Assembly: GCA_013239625.1 (NCBI GenBank)
Contig: MU053594.1
Coordinates: 1,988,127 to 2,052,126 of the forward strand
From: Lama guanicoe
Taxonomy: Eukaryota
Direction: 5' to 3'
DNA length: 64,000 nt
Positions 49,548-61,177 of this stretch are shown here, piece after piece (within the stretch, counting starts at the first letter, position 1; each line of letters opens with the position of its first letter). The position numbers and the translations under genes were made by a program. The notes beneath the pieces were generated by a model. The model was not told the DNA's origin. It saw nothing but the letters and a program-made list of their open reading frames with translations, and ran no database searches.

Positions 49548-51670
49548 AGCAGTGATTCTTAATCAGAGCTGCACGAGAGAATCACTTGGGGATCCTTTAA
49601 AAATTGTCACTATCCAAGGTGTATTCAAAGTCCTGAGTGAAAGAACCTGCAACCTAGGATACTCTACCCAGTAAGATGATCATTTAAAATAGAAGGAGAG
49701 AGAAAGAATTTCTCAGACAAGCAAAAGCTAAAAGAATACAGCAACACTATACTTACCGTAAAAGAAATATTGAAAGGTCTTCTCTAAATAGAAAAGAAGC
49801 AAGAATCTATAAAAAAGAGAAAATCACAACTGGAAATCTGATGAACAGCAAAAGAATAAACATGAAGATATGAAAGAGGACATCAAAATCATAAAATGTG
49901 GGGGAGATGAGTAAGAAAATGTAGATTTTTTTAAAGTATGTATTTAAGCTTACATGATGACCAGTCTAAAGCATGTAGAGTAATGGGTTAATATACTTGA
50001 AAAAAAGGGTAACCACAAATCAAAAACATACAGCTGAGCTAGAAAAACCAAAAAGAAGAGAACTCAGACATAATACAAAAGAAAATCATCAAACCACGAA
50101 AGGAAAAACAATAAGAAAAGAACAAAGAAGAAATACAAAATCAACTGGAAAGCAAAGTTTAAAATGGCAATAAATACATATATATATCAATAATTACCTT
50201 AAATGTCAATGGATTAAATGCTCTAATCAAAAGACAGAGTGGCAGATTGGATAATAAAACAAAAGCCTACAATATGCTGCCTGCAAGAGGCTCATTTTAG
50301 GGTGAAGGACACACACTGATTGAAAGTAAGGAGATGGAAAAAGATATTTCATGAAAATGGAAATGACAAGAAAACGGGGGCAGCAACACTCAGGGAAAAT
50401 AGACTTAAAACAAAGATCATGAAGAAAGATAAAGAAGGACACTACATTATGATAAAAGGAGCAATAAAAAGAAGAGAACATTACACTCATTAACATATAT
50501 GCCCTCAATATAGGCACACCTAAATACATAAAACTAATACTAACAGACGTTAAGGGAGAAATTGATGGAAATACAATAATGGTAAGAGACTTTAACACCC
50601 CACTGACATCAATGGACAGATCTTCCAGACAGAAAATCAGTAAGGCAACAGAGAACCTAAAGGACACAACGGAACAGTTAGACTTAATTGATATCTTCAG
50701 GACATTACATCCAAAAAAACCCAGAATATACATTCTTTTCAAGTGCACATGCAACATTCTCTAGGATAGACCACATACTCAGGCACAAAGGAAGCCTCAA
50801 CAAATTTAACAGGTTAGAAATTATTTCAAGCATCTTCTTGGACCACAATGGCATGAAACTAGAAATCAACCACAGAAAGAGAAATGTGAAAAAAAAAATG
50901 ATGGCATGGAGACTAAACAACATGCTACTAAATGGTGAAATCAAAGAGGAAATTTAAAAATACCTTGAGATAAATGACAATGAAAACACAACCACACAAA
51001 ATCCATGGGGTGCAGCAAAACCAGTCCTAAAAGGGAAGTTCATAGCGATACAGGCCTTCCTCCAAAAACAAGAACAATCTCAAATAAGCAACCTAACCTA
51101 CCACCTTAAAGAATTAGGAAAAGAAGAACACACAAAACCTAAAGTCAGCAGAAGGAAAGAAATAATAAAGAGCAGAGAGGAAATAAATAAAATAGAGATT
51201 TAAAAAAACAATAGAAGAAAAAAAATCAATAAAACCAAGAGCTGTGTCTTTGAAAGAGCTGGAAAATCAAAACACCTCTGGCCAGGCCTACCAAGAAGGG
51301 AAGAGAAAGGATGTAAATAAACAAAATAAGAAATGAAAGAGGAGAAATAGCAACCTACTCCACAGTTCTACAAACTGATGGTTACCAAAGGGGGGAAGTG
51401 CGAGGGGGATCAATCAGGAGTTTGGGATTAGCAGGTACAAACTACTATATATAAAATAGATAGACAATGAAAAAGAAAATACATACATATATGAAAAACT
51501 GGATCATTATGCTGTACACCAGAAAATAATGCAACATTGTAAATCAACTAAGCTTCAGTTTTAAAAATTTGCCACTGTCCGCTTACCTCCCTTAGAAATT
51601 CTGAGTTAGTAGCCTGAGATGTGCCCAGTCATCATTATTTTGTAAAACACGCCTTAGGTGATTTCTCTAA
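49548..51670. mobile_element. MER5A-like hAT element split by an L1 insertion
   Basis: Left half cagtgattcttaa..gctgcac..agaatcacttgggga..tttaaaaat (to 49615). Right half ..agaaattctgagttagtag..ccttaggtgattt (from 51562). Confidence 0.7.
49616..51561 (+). mobile_element. LINE-1 (ORF1 end, spacer, ORF2 endonuclease domain, then directly 3' UTR); degraded
   Basis: ORF1 end ..gaaaggtcttctctaa. ORF2 start near 50164 (ITLNVNGLNA motif). ORF track fragments RDFNTPLTSMDRSSRQKI and YTFFSSAHATFSRIDHIL. Multiple frameshifts. TSD at 49598-49615 / 51562-51580. Confidence 0.92.
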
Positions 51671-52821
51671 TTGCCCACTGCTATTGATATTAGAGACTGG
51701 AAAGCAAACCATCACACCAAAGATCAAATATAATTAAGTAGACAAAATGGTGTCCTTTTCCAATTACAACCCCTGCTGACCCAGGCCTCTTCCCTCCCAG
51801 ACCCTTTGTTTCTGCTCTTCCTGGCCTATCAAACCTTACCTGCCCCAATCTCCCGTTCTGTTTGGGCCCTGCTTTCTGGGAAACAATTAACTAATGTGGC
51901 ACCGAAGTACACTAATGGATGTTAATAATTTACTGTAGTTCCCTTCTCATTGATCCTCTCATCTGAGGACATTTGAATGATAACACATCCAGAACAAAGG
52001 AAGGACTGATTTTGGCAATTTCAGATCCAGTCAAGTGCCTTTTGATCAATTTTTTTATTCTGTGGGAGGAAAGAGTTTGAGCAGGTAAATCCAACCTTGA
52101 GGAGTTCTGCCTGGCCCTTTTCACACCTTACTGGCCTACTCAGATATGGCCCTGTGGCTGTCTTGAATAGGAGAATGGGAAAAAAGTGTGTGGGTATAAG
52201 CCCTCCCGCCCAGGACACACTTGGGAACCTACTTTGCAGATTTTATTAAGCTCTGTTTATTTGAGACAAGTCCAGGGAGCACCTCTCCCTTGTTATTCCG
52301 CCACTGTCCTCTGCAGAGCTTCTCTGGACCTGTCGCTACCCTCCTCGGACATGAGAGCAAAGGTTAATCTCATTTTGAGAGAAATGACCTGAAATGTGTT
52401 CATTCAACCAACAAGAAAACATCGTGTATCATTCAGGAATTGGTCTTGCTTCTTTCTTGTCTCCCTATTAACAATATGTCTCTAAGCATCCTTGGTATTT
52501 CCTATGATATGTTCCCCCCTTTTTTTTCTTGCCAGTGAAATATTTGTGGAGTTATGTAGAAAAGGAGGCTGGTTTTTACAGCGCTGCATTTATAAAAGAA
52601 TCTTATGAATTTTATTTTTAACTCAGCCCCCCGTTCCTTGGGCCTTTTTCTATTATTGTGTTCCCAGAATCTGTGATTACTGGAGATACTCTGAAATAAA
52701 GCACCAAAGTTTAAATTTGTTGCCATGCTTTTTTGATTTTGTTTTTGCTCCCAAGTATCACTGTTTCTGAGAACTTGAGGCCGCCTTGTCTGTAGTGTCA
52801 TCATAGAGGCTTCCCTGGTGT

Positions 52822-52835
52822 CCAGCAGAGGGCAG
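52822..52835 (+). promoter_or_regulatory. candidate CTCF site
   Basis: CCAGCAGAGGGCAG fits the CCASYAGRKGGCRS core at all positions. Motif match only. Confidence 0.5.
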
Positions 52836-53744
52836 CCTGTTCTCACCAAAAATTTCAGTGCTCCTTTTCCTCCGGGGAACTAATTCATTTCACTATTTGG
52901 GGTATCCTTGGTGTCAAAATTCCAGTGTAAATTGAAACACCCGAGTTGCATTTCTTTAGAATCTGTATACCCTAGAATTACACTCCTATATTTCTATAAT
53001 TGCAACATTTTCCTGGAGAAGACCATGCCCATAATTTACAGGGGCTGGATCATCCACTGCAACAGTGATTCCCTGGTTGGTAAATGATCTATAGGTCAGT
53101 TCTTCCCAGTTAATTACAGTTCTATTTGACATGACCTTGATGATAGTCATAGGTAATAAAAGACATGAGTTTGGATGAGAGGGGAAAGCAGCTACTTTTA
53201 GGAGTAATTACCAGCCATTTATTCATTTTCAAGTTTTCAAACATGAGCAAAACACAGTCTTAACATTGCCTCGGCTAACTTATTGATAACATCACACGCA
53301 ACTCAAAGGATGTAAGAATGTTCAGCGTTCCTCCCTGTGTCAGATGCCAACACGTTATCCACAACACTGGATGTAGCTCAACCCCAGGGAGCAGGGGCTG
53401 AGCCCCTAAACAGTAAAAGGTCTTAGAATACCTTTGGTTGCTGCCCATGTGTAGGTCATTGGGTGAAGAGCAAACATTTGCAGAAGGAAGGAGAATTTGC
53501 ATCTGAAAGTGTAGGAAACCCACCTAGGCAGCCTTAGGCCTTTAGGAACGAACAGACGAGTTCAGCTCTCTGACAAAGAGATGTCCTTCTTTGTGTGTGT
53601 AACACCTCTCTGAACTCAATCTTAGAACTATATGGGGAATATATTGGGGTTTGAGGGTTTATTTTTATTCTGGAGGTTTCTCATATTTCTTTGTTTTCTT
53701 AACACCCTCTCGATCATCAGATTTGCTCTGTGAAGAAATAATAT

Positions 53745-54000
53745 GGATAATAGGTAACATTTATTAAGCATTTCCTGTATATCAAGAATGTTTCAAGTTG
53801 TTTTTTCTCACACAATCCTTACAACAACCTTATGAGCTCAATAACTATTATTATCCACTTTTTAAAGACAGGGAAATTGATACACAGAGATATTAAATGT
53901 CTTGCCCAAGATCACCTGCGTAGAAAGTTGCAGACCTGGGATGCAAACCCAAGCAGTCTGTCTGGCTCCAGACTCTCTCTCTGGACCATGATATTGCACT
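53745..54000 (-). mobile_element. MIR SINE
   Basis: taacatttattaagcattt..aatccttacaacaacc..attattatccacttt..gggaaattga..cttgcccaagatcac. Confidence 0.8.
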
Positions 54001-54083
54001 CCCTATTTCATGACCTCTTTTTGAATATTTTGTCAAAGCATCTGGAATGATTAGATGAGCAGAGATAAGAACAGGAATTTGTC

Positions 54084-54181
54084 TGGGGGATGGTGTAGCT
54101 CAGTGGTAGAGCATGTACTTATTAGCATGCAAAAGGTCCTGGGTTCAATCCTCAGTACTGCCATTAAAAAAAAAAAAACAA
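54084..54181 (+). mobile_element. short-form tRNA-derived camelid-type SINE
   Basis: gggggatggtgtagctcagtggtagagcat..ggttcaatcctcagtac + poly-A, without the cctaattacc tail. Degenerate TSD aacaggaatttgtc / aacaggagctagtc. Confidence 0.88.
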
Positions 54182-55691
54182 AACAGGAGCTAGTCAGAGC
54201 TGTTTCACTTTTTTAACCACCTTTTTATTCTGCCTCCAGTAATCACGGAGCTTGTCCTAGTAAGACAGAGTCTACAGATAATACGTTTAGTCTTTGTAGG
54301 GGCTTTTCTAGAACACTGTGAGCCCTCAGCTAACTTGAACCACGCAGCTAGATTAGAAAGGGAGCTGATTTCCTGAAGTCCTAGAAGTTAGTGGAAATTC
54401 CGGTTTCTGATTACAGTCCCAGCTACATTTCTGCTGAGTTGGGAGTGGCGTGTCCAGGAGTCTTGGCACTGTTTCTTTCTTACTCCTACGACCTTTTCCT
54501 GAACAGTTCTGCTGGTAAGATCAGGAAAGAAAGTGAAAAAGAATACCAACTTCAGGGGACCACAGGGAAAGGGTTTTAGAGGATCAGGAATATTTTAAGT
54601 AATCCCTGCTTTTTCCAAATCAAACCTCTGTTTGATAGGAGTCTGAGGACAGTGCGCCCAGATGCTAAAAGCTACTTAAGTTGGGGTGTTGAATAATACA
54701 TGGTGATAAGGGCTTAGAGAAATAAGGGGGAAGAGAGGAATCTGGACTCTACCCTGTGGACGTAGCAGGGCTAGACAAGGAATAGCTGGCAGGAGGGGAC
54801 TATTAATATACGTCTATGGACCTCATGCAGGAGGCCAGCCAGGGGGAGGCAGACTTCAGTCTACAGTGGCAACCAAGAACCAAAAGGTTTCTTTGAATAT
54901 GTAATAATGTTTATGGGTCAGAATTCAAAAAACCTAAGTGCAATGTGGTATCCTGGATTGGGTCCTGAAACAGGAAAAAAAAATTAGTGGAAAAATGAGT
55001 GAAATTCAAGGAAAATCTGGAATTTAGTAAATCGTAAAACAAACAAAAGGATAAATGAATATACTGAACGTTGAAAAATCTCCCTTCCATTTTTATTTTC
55101 CAGATACCCATAACCAACCAATGTGATTAGTCATGTGTGTCCTTCTAAAGATTTTTTTTTGATGCTTATACAAGCGCCATGTATGTGCATTCTGTTTTAT
55201 ACAAATCGTACGATATTATATGCATTGTTCTGACAGTTGCTTTTTTAAAAATCTTAAGATATTTTAATATTAACTATTGAGGAGCAATCTATTGTTTCCA
55301 AACATTTTCAGCTTAAAATTATCCTGTGTACCACAAGTTCAATAACACTGTGTACCTTGCTTTCTCACTTAACGCTGTAACGAAGGGTTTCTATTGGGCT
55401 GTGCACAGGACCTGTCACGATGACCAGGGGTCTGTCCTAAGAACGTTAGAGCCCGTGCTAGGACTCAAAGGCCTGAGGCTTTCAAGGTCACCATGCCTGC
55501 TTGACCTCGGTTTGTTGTAGGTTAAATCTACCCTTGTGGTCAGGGCAAGTACTAATTCTGACAGCTGTTCTTATGAATTGGGGGCCTACAGACCTTGAAC
55601 AGAAGTCTCTGGGAGTTCTCTTCTTATGTTTGGCATGGACACCAGATTCAGGGATTCAGTAAGACCATGCAAATCAAAAACCTAATTGCTA

Positions 55692-55780
55692 GGGGAGAGG
55701 GTATAGCTTAGAGGTAGAACCCAAGGTCCTGGGTTCAAACCCCAGAACCTCCATGAAAGAAAGAAAAGAAAAGAAAAGGA

Positions 55781-55832
<52 letters not shown>

Positions 55833-55949
55833 AAACCTAACCTAATTACCACCCTCCATCCCAACACCCCCCCCCCAAAAAAAACCAAACCATAAACAGT
55901 GCTGTATGTCAATGATATCTCAATAAAACTGGAAGGAAAAACATTTTTA
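55692..55949 (+). mobile_element. camelid-type SINE with (GAAA)n expansion and L1-like 3' tail
   Basis: tRNA head lacking the anticodon arm, (GAAA)n at about 55755-55834, cctaattacc, then gctgtatgtcaatgatatctcaataaaactggaagg. TSD at 55676-55691 / 55950-55966. Confidence 0.85.
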
Positions 55950-56254
55950 AAAAACCATAATTGCTAACATTTCTGTTGTGCCTTCTACTTACAAGGTACC
56001 TTACCTCATGGGCCTTCTTCCTCACAACAACCCTGAGAGGGAAGTTAAGTAAGATTTGTCCTGTCTTTCCAATGAGGATGCCTTCTGGAAGGCTTTGAGC
56101 CAGATCTTCCGACTCTAAACCATGGGAGGTCTCATTCATCCTTCCACAGTGGTCCTCTTTGTTGCCAAAGTTCAGTTGATTGAAATTTCCTACCTGCTTC
56201 TCCTTCCTGAGTAGATAATCACAATTATTGGCTGGGATTTGAAAGCCTCCTCTT

Positions 56255-56455
56255 GTCAGGCACTAATCTAAGCGCTATGTATGAATTATTTAATCTTATT
56301 AACCACAAGAGGTAAGCTTTACAGCCCCAATCTACAGATGAAGAAACCAAGATTCAGAGAGGGTAAATTATTTGCCTAACGTGACACAATTAGTAGTTGG
56401 CAGAGCTGGGATGTCAGTCTAGTTCTTCCTGACTCCACCGTATACTCTCTTAAGC
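56255..56455 (-). mobile_element. MIR SINE
   Basis: tatttaatctt..tacagatgaagaaaccaagattcagagagggtaaattatttgcctaa..ggcagagctggga. Confidence 0.8.
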
Positions 56456-57814
56456 ACAGTATATACTGCCTGGATTCAGAACCGACTGTCTCATTGACTC
56501 GTTCTTCCCAAGAATTCAAGCAAAGTTTTGCCCTGGAAATCCAATACCTTATTTAAACATCTCAGTAAAGCTGTGACATGGAAGGACAAGGTGAGGCAAG
56601 AAACAGTGAGAATCCCTGATCATGAGTTCTGCAGCTGCTTCTGACTCACTGTGTGCATCCAGGTAAAGTCTCTTTCTCTTTGTCAAGTGTTCCCAGCCAT
56701 AATACTGGAATTAAAATTTTGCCACAAAGCAGAGAAGAGAAAGGAGGTGAAAACTGAGGCAAGGTCGACAGGAAAATATTGGAGCCCCATAGAAGGAAGT
56801 CATTCTTTGTATAAATATACATTTGATGTATCATTAATGCTATGGTGATAATTACCACTTTGCAATAAATCAAGTACAGCCCTGGGAGTCGGTTTCCCAG
56901 GGTCATTTTGCTAAAGGAAGAGTTACAAAATGCCGGTATGTGCCTCAGGTTTTCTGTGCGTGAACTGAGCCATCCACTGCTTTCCTGAAGGCTTTGTCAA
57001 TGGGAGGACACTTCTGGGTCTGCCCTGAGAGAACCACCTACCCACAGTTCTGTCTCCTGCACTCAGCCTTCTTTCCCAGTGGGGTGACTCTGGGGAGCAG
57101 ATAGATCCACCCTTAAATCAGTGCTTAATTGTAAAGCTCTGTGAGGAAGCGTCAAACTTACTCAGCATGACGCACGAGGCAGAACGGGACCATGTCCTTT
57201 AGACTTCCTCAGGACTGACCTTTTTCTGTTGTGACACCAAGTGCTGTTGATCCTACCTGGCTCTGCATCTCTGTGTGCTCTGTGCTTCATCTGACAGGAA
57301 CTGGCAAGTCCAGTCTTGTCTGCCCCTGATTCACGGGATGAGCGAACTGTAACGTATATGGGTGTCAGAACTCAGTACTTTTGTGCTGAGCAGGTCACAT
57401 TGCTTCCTGAGGGTTCCCTTAACCTCAGCCCAATCTCAGCTGCTGCTTCTGGTGCCCGTTGGTCATTAGTTTCTTGTGGTGTGTGTGTGGGGCATGGAAA
57501 ATGGACCAGGGGTGGGGGTCGGGTGGGGGAAGCAATAGAAAGGAGAGAGGGATTTGGAAACAGCTCAGCGCCACAGGACTGCGTTTGGCGTATTTAGCTA
57601 ACTTCCAGGAATCTAGTAAATGAGGGATCATTTTAATCTGGCAAAAACCACAGGCAAATAGGGACAGAATTATTTATTGATAAACAGTGGTAGCTGTCAT
57701 TTGGTTTTCTGGCCAGAGGTGGCCTCCAAAGGCTCTTTCCAGACTCTCCCTGAGCCGATGCTTATTGGTTGATGTGGAAATTATTTTTCCAGATGAACTT
57801 TTAAAATCAATGAC

Positions 57815-57965
57815 TTCTGAACATCAGTGTACATTAGCCAGGGGTGCACAGTAAAATGTACCCCATTCTCAGGGATTCTGATTCTGTAGATCTGGGTGGA
57901 GGCCAGGGATCTGCATTTTTAGCAAGTATTTTAGGTGATTCAGATAGTCAGTGAACCATTGTCCC
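57815..57965. mobile_element. MER5A-like fragment
   Basis: gattctgattctgtagatctgggtggaggccagggatctgcatttttagcaag..aggtgattcagat. Confidence 0.7.
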
Positions 57966-58629
57966 CCAAACAGCTGTCTTAGAATTAGTTCCAGTTTCCA
58001 TTCGTCCCAGTTTTTGAAATAACCTCTTTCTGTTGTTTGTTTTAACCACTTTTTTTTTTTACTGAAGGATTTATTAGCATCTCCATTTTTACTACCTGTT
58101 TCATTCTCACATCATCACAGTAACTAGAGAGGGAATCAGCGGTGGTTAGCTCCATTTTATTGGGGGTGAGGAGGTGGGAGGTGGGACTGAGGCATAGGGA
58201 GAGGTAAGTCACAATGAATCAGAGACAGAGGTGGGCATTGAAGTCCAGAACTGATGACTCTCAAATCAGGCTATTTTCTGGGACCTGTTTCCTCAGCCTG
58301 TGATTCGATATTTAATCATAGTTATTCCATAGGTGTCCAATTCATCATGCTTGGGTAAGCAAAGCGTATTTGTGTTTTTAACAGAATAGCTTAGCATCAA
58401 TCAGTGTGCTAATTTTTGTTTAGCAGGTTGAAACGCGTCTGAGCTTGAGCTAATGACCAGATGAGGACACGTGTGGAACTGACTTAGTGCTTCTTTCTGT
58501 GCTTGCCTCCTTTAACATTTCTGAAGACTTTTTACACAAACTTTGAGGGAACAGCTTTCTCCTCCCCCGTGCCAATAGAAGCCTCCTCTAATCTTCTAAT
58601 TAATAAAGCACTAAATCAAAAAACCTTGT

Positions 58630-59894
58630 AGCTTTCTGTTTCTCAAACTTGAATAGTATTTGGATCCATTTCCAAAGGAAAAAGAAAACTTGAAAAGTCT
58701 CAGTTTATCTAAATTATTTTATTACAATGTTACTTAAATTTACCAATATAAAGTAGGAGTAGAATGTTCTTTTATTTATAGTTCTTATACAACTAAAAAA
58801 CCCAAAATAGATTTCCAAATTAAATACACAAAATCAATACTACTCATATTAATATTATAGTAATTTAATATGGGAAATGATGTATTTTGCTGAGACTAAA
58901 TTATCCCTTGTGTTGGGTTTTTTCAGTTTTTTTTGTATATATATTTTTATTGTAGTGTAGTCAGTTTACAGTGTTGTGTCAGTTTGTAGTGTACTGCATA
59001 ATGCTTCAGTCATACATGAACATACATATATTCTTTTTCAATTCTTTTTCACCATAAGTTACTACAAGATATTGAATATAGTTCCCTGTGCTATACAGTG
59101 TGAACTTATTTATCTATTTTATATATATTAGTTAATATCTGCAAGTCTTGAATTCCCAATTTATCTCTTCCCATCTCCTTCCCCCTTGGTAACCATAAGT
59201 TTGTTTTCTATGTATGTGAATCTGTTTGTTTTGTAAATAAGTTCATTTGCCTTTTTTTTTCTTTAGATTCCACATATGAGTGATATCATATAGTATTTTT
59301 CTTTTTCCTTCTGGGTTACTTCATGTAGAATGACAATCTCCAGGTCCATCCATGTTGCTGCAAATGGCATTATTTTATTATTTTTTTATGGCTGAGTAGT
59401 ATTCTATTGTATAAATATAGCACAACTTTTTTATTCATTCATCTGTTGATGGACACTTAGGTTGTTTCCATGTCTTGGCTATTGTAAGTAGTGCTGCTGT
59501 GAACATTGGTATCCCTTGCATTGACAATGGTATTGCCTCTGAAAGCTCAGCTTGGTATTGCCACCAAGTGAATCTCAATTTTCTCACCACTTTTCTGTTA
59601 GAACTACTATGTCAGGATAGTCCTGTGATGTGGTTTAGCCTTCATTTTGTGCATGAAAATGCCATTTTCATTTAAAATCCACCTCTGTTCTTTTCTCATT
59701 GTTCCAGAAGAGTAAAAGCAGGAGTGAAACACACATGCAAACATGGGTACCGAAATCATGTGGCAATGCCGGGTTATTAAGTGGTCATCCAAATAATTCA
59801 GAATATGCTTATGCAAATCTAAAACATATTATCAAATTGAAAATAAAATTAAAATCCTAGAGAATACATCCACAAACCTAATTTGAGAATGACT
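58630..59894. mobile_element. possible hAT-Charlie element split by an L1
   Basis: Left end ..gtttctcaaactt.. and right end ..tttgagaatgactg resemble Charlie TIRs, with an AT-rich body. Confidence 0.45.
58916..59509 (-). mobile_element. LINE-1 3' fragment with 14-bp TSD
   Basis: T-rich tail then tttttattgtagtgtagtcagtttacagtgttgtgtcag..gtgctgctgtgaacattgg. TSD tatcccttgtgttg (58902-58915) / tatcccttgcattg (59510-59523). Confidence 0.9.
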
Positions 59895-60981
59895 GTGCAG
59901 ATCCCTTGGTTTCCAAACTTTCACTGCTATCTACTGTGTTTACTTCCAGGAACCCCATGTTTTAAAAAATGTCTCCTAAGTTGTATTTACTAAGAATTTT
60001 ACATTTTTATTAATCAGACACTGAGAATTACCGTTTCAGAGCTGGTGATCACCATAGGTAGTTATCACTCTAAGCTGCTTATAGTCCAAAACAAACAAAA
60101 AAAGACAGGACATTTTAGTTATTCTGTGCTGTCCTAATAAGGGTAAATGGAAACTTCTCATTATGTTTTGTAAGAAAAAATTACCGTATCGTCACCTCCT
60201 CCTACCGCTGCCTTTGAGGACTCCTGGAGTTGTAGAGAGGTCAGTTTAGCCTTTCTTGTATAAGCAAAATAGCCATTCCACTGAATTTGGAAGGATTAGA
60301 GCTTGTCCTAGTTTCACTTGATTGTTGTACTTCGAGCATGCTAAAGACCTAAAAAATGGGAGGAAGAAAATACAACAGAAGGCACCAATCCAGTACCAAA
60401 CTGAAAAGAAACACAAAAACAAGAGAGCAGCATGTTTTTAACAGCTTGCATGGAGAAAGAGGAAAAAATATTGACTGGGGAGTTTGGATGGCACTGTTCA
60501 TTTTCTCTCACCGCCAGCGTTATTTGTCTTACGGAGCACGAGCCAGATACAAATTCTGGCGCACAGGCCGGAGGAAGAGGTGGAGGGGTTTTATGGAAGC
60601 TTGAGGATAGTGGGGAAATTAGGGGCTGGAGACCCAAGTGGCTCAGGGCCAGGATGAAGTCAGGGGAGGCGCTAAATCTTTTTTCCTCCTGGCCTCGGGC
60701 ATCCTCTTTGGCCCACCTGAGTCCTAAGAGGGCACAGCAGGGATCACCCAGGTAGGTCCCCGACGACTTCAGACCATCAGAAACAGGATGAATCACTGCC
60801 CTTGTTTCTTTCGACTGAAGAAAGGGCATGGGGGCTCCTTTCGCTTTCTCAGCCAACCTATCTTCTGGATTTCAGACCTACAGCTCCCGCGTCGGGGGCC
60901 GGGCGGGGGCCGCCACCAGCCCATCAGGGTATGGGTTCACCCACCTCGGCGGAACCGGACTTCGGGCCTTAGCCCCGCCTC

Positions 60982-61027
60982 CCTGGGCGCGGGGCGGGGC
61001 CTGGGCGCGGGGCGGGGCCTGGGCGCG
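60982..61027 (+). repeat. 18-bp tandem repeat (2.5 copies) of a GC-box unit
   Basis: cctgggcgcggggcgggg at 60982-60999 and 61000-61017, partial cctgggcgcg at 61018-61027. Confidence 0.95.
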
Positions 61028-61063
61028 AAGCCGGCGGCGGCGACCAGCCGGAGCAGGAAGAAC

Positions 61064-61177
61064 ATGGCGGGCGCGGCGGGGCCCGGGACCGGAGCCGGGG
61101 CAGCGGGCGGAGATGGAGACGACTCGCTATACCCAATAGCAGTTTTAATCGACGAGCTCCGCAATGAGGACGTGCAG
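61064..61177 (+). CDS. PPP2R1B: PPP2R1B coding exon 1 (PP2A 65 kDa scaffold subunit A beta)
   Basis: Strong Kozak aacATGG, reads [38 protein letters not shown]. The N-terminal extension distinguishes A-beta from A-alpha. Donor CAG|GTACTG. Confidence 0.97.

Noticed and set aside
50227..50957. ORFs of 61-176 aa in the L1 region
   Set aside because: Frameshifted sense fragments and antisense shadows of a dead L1 ORF2, not host genes.
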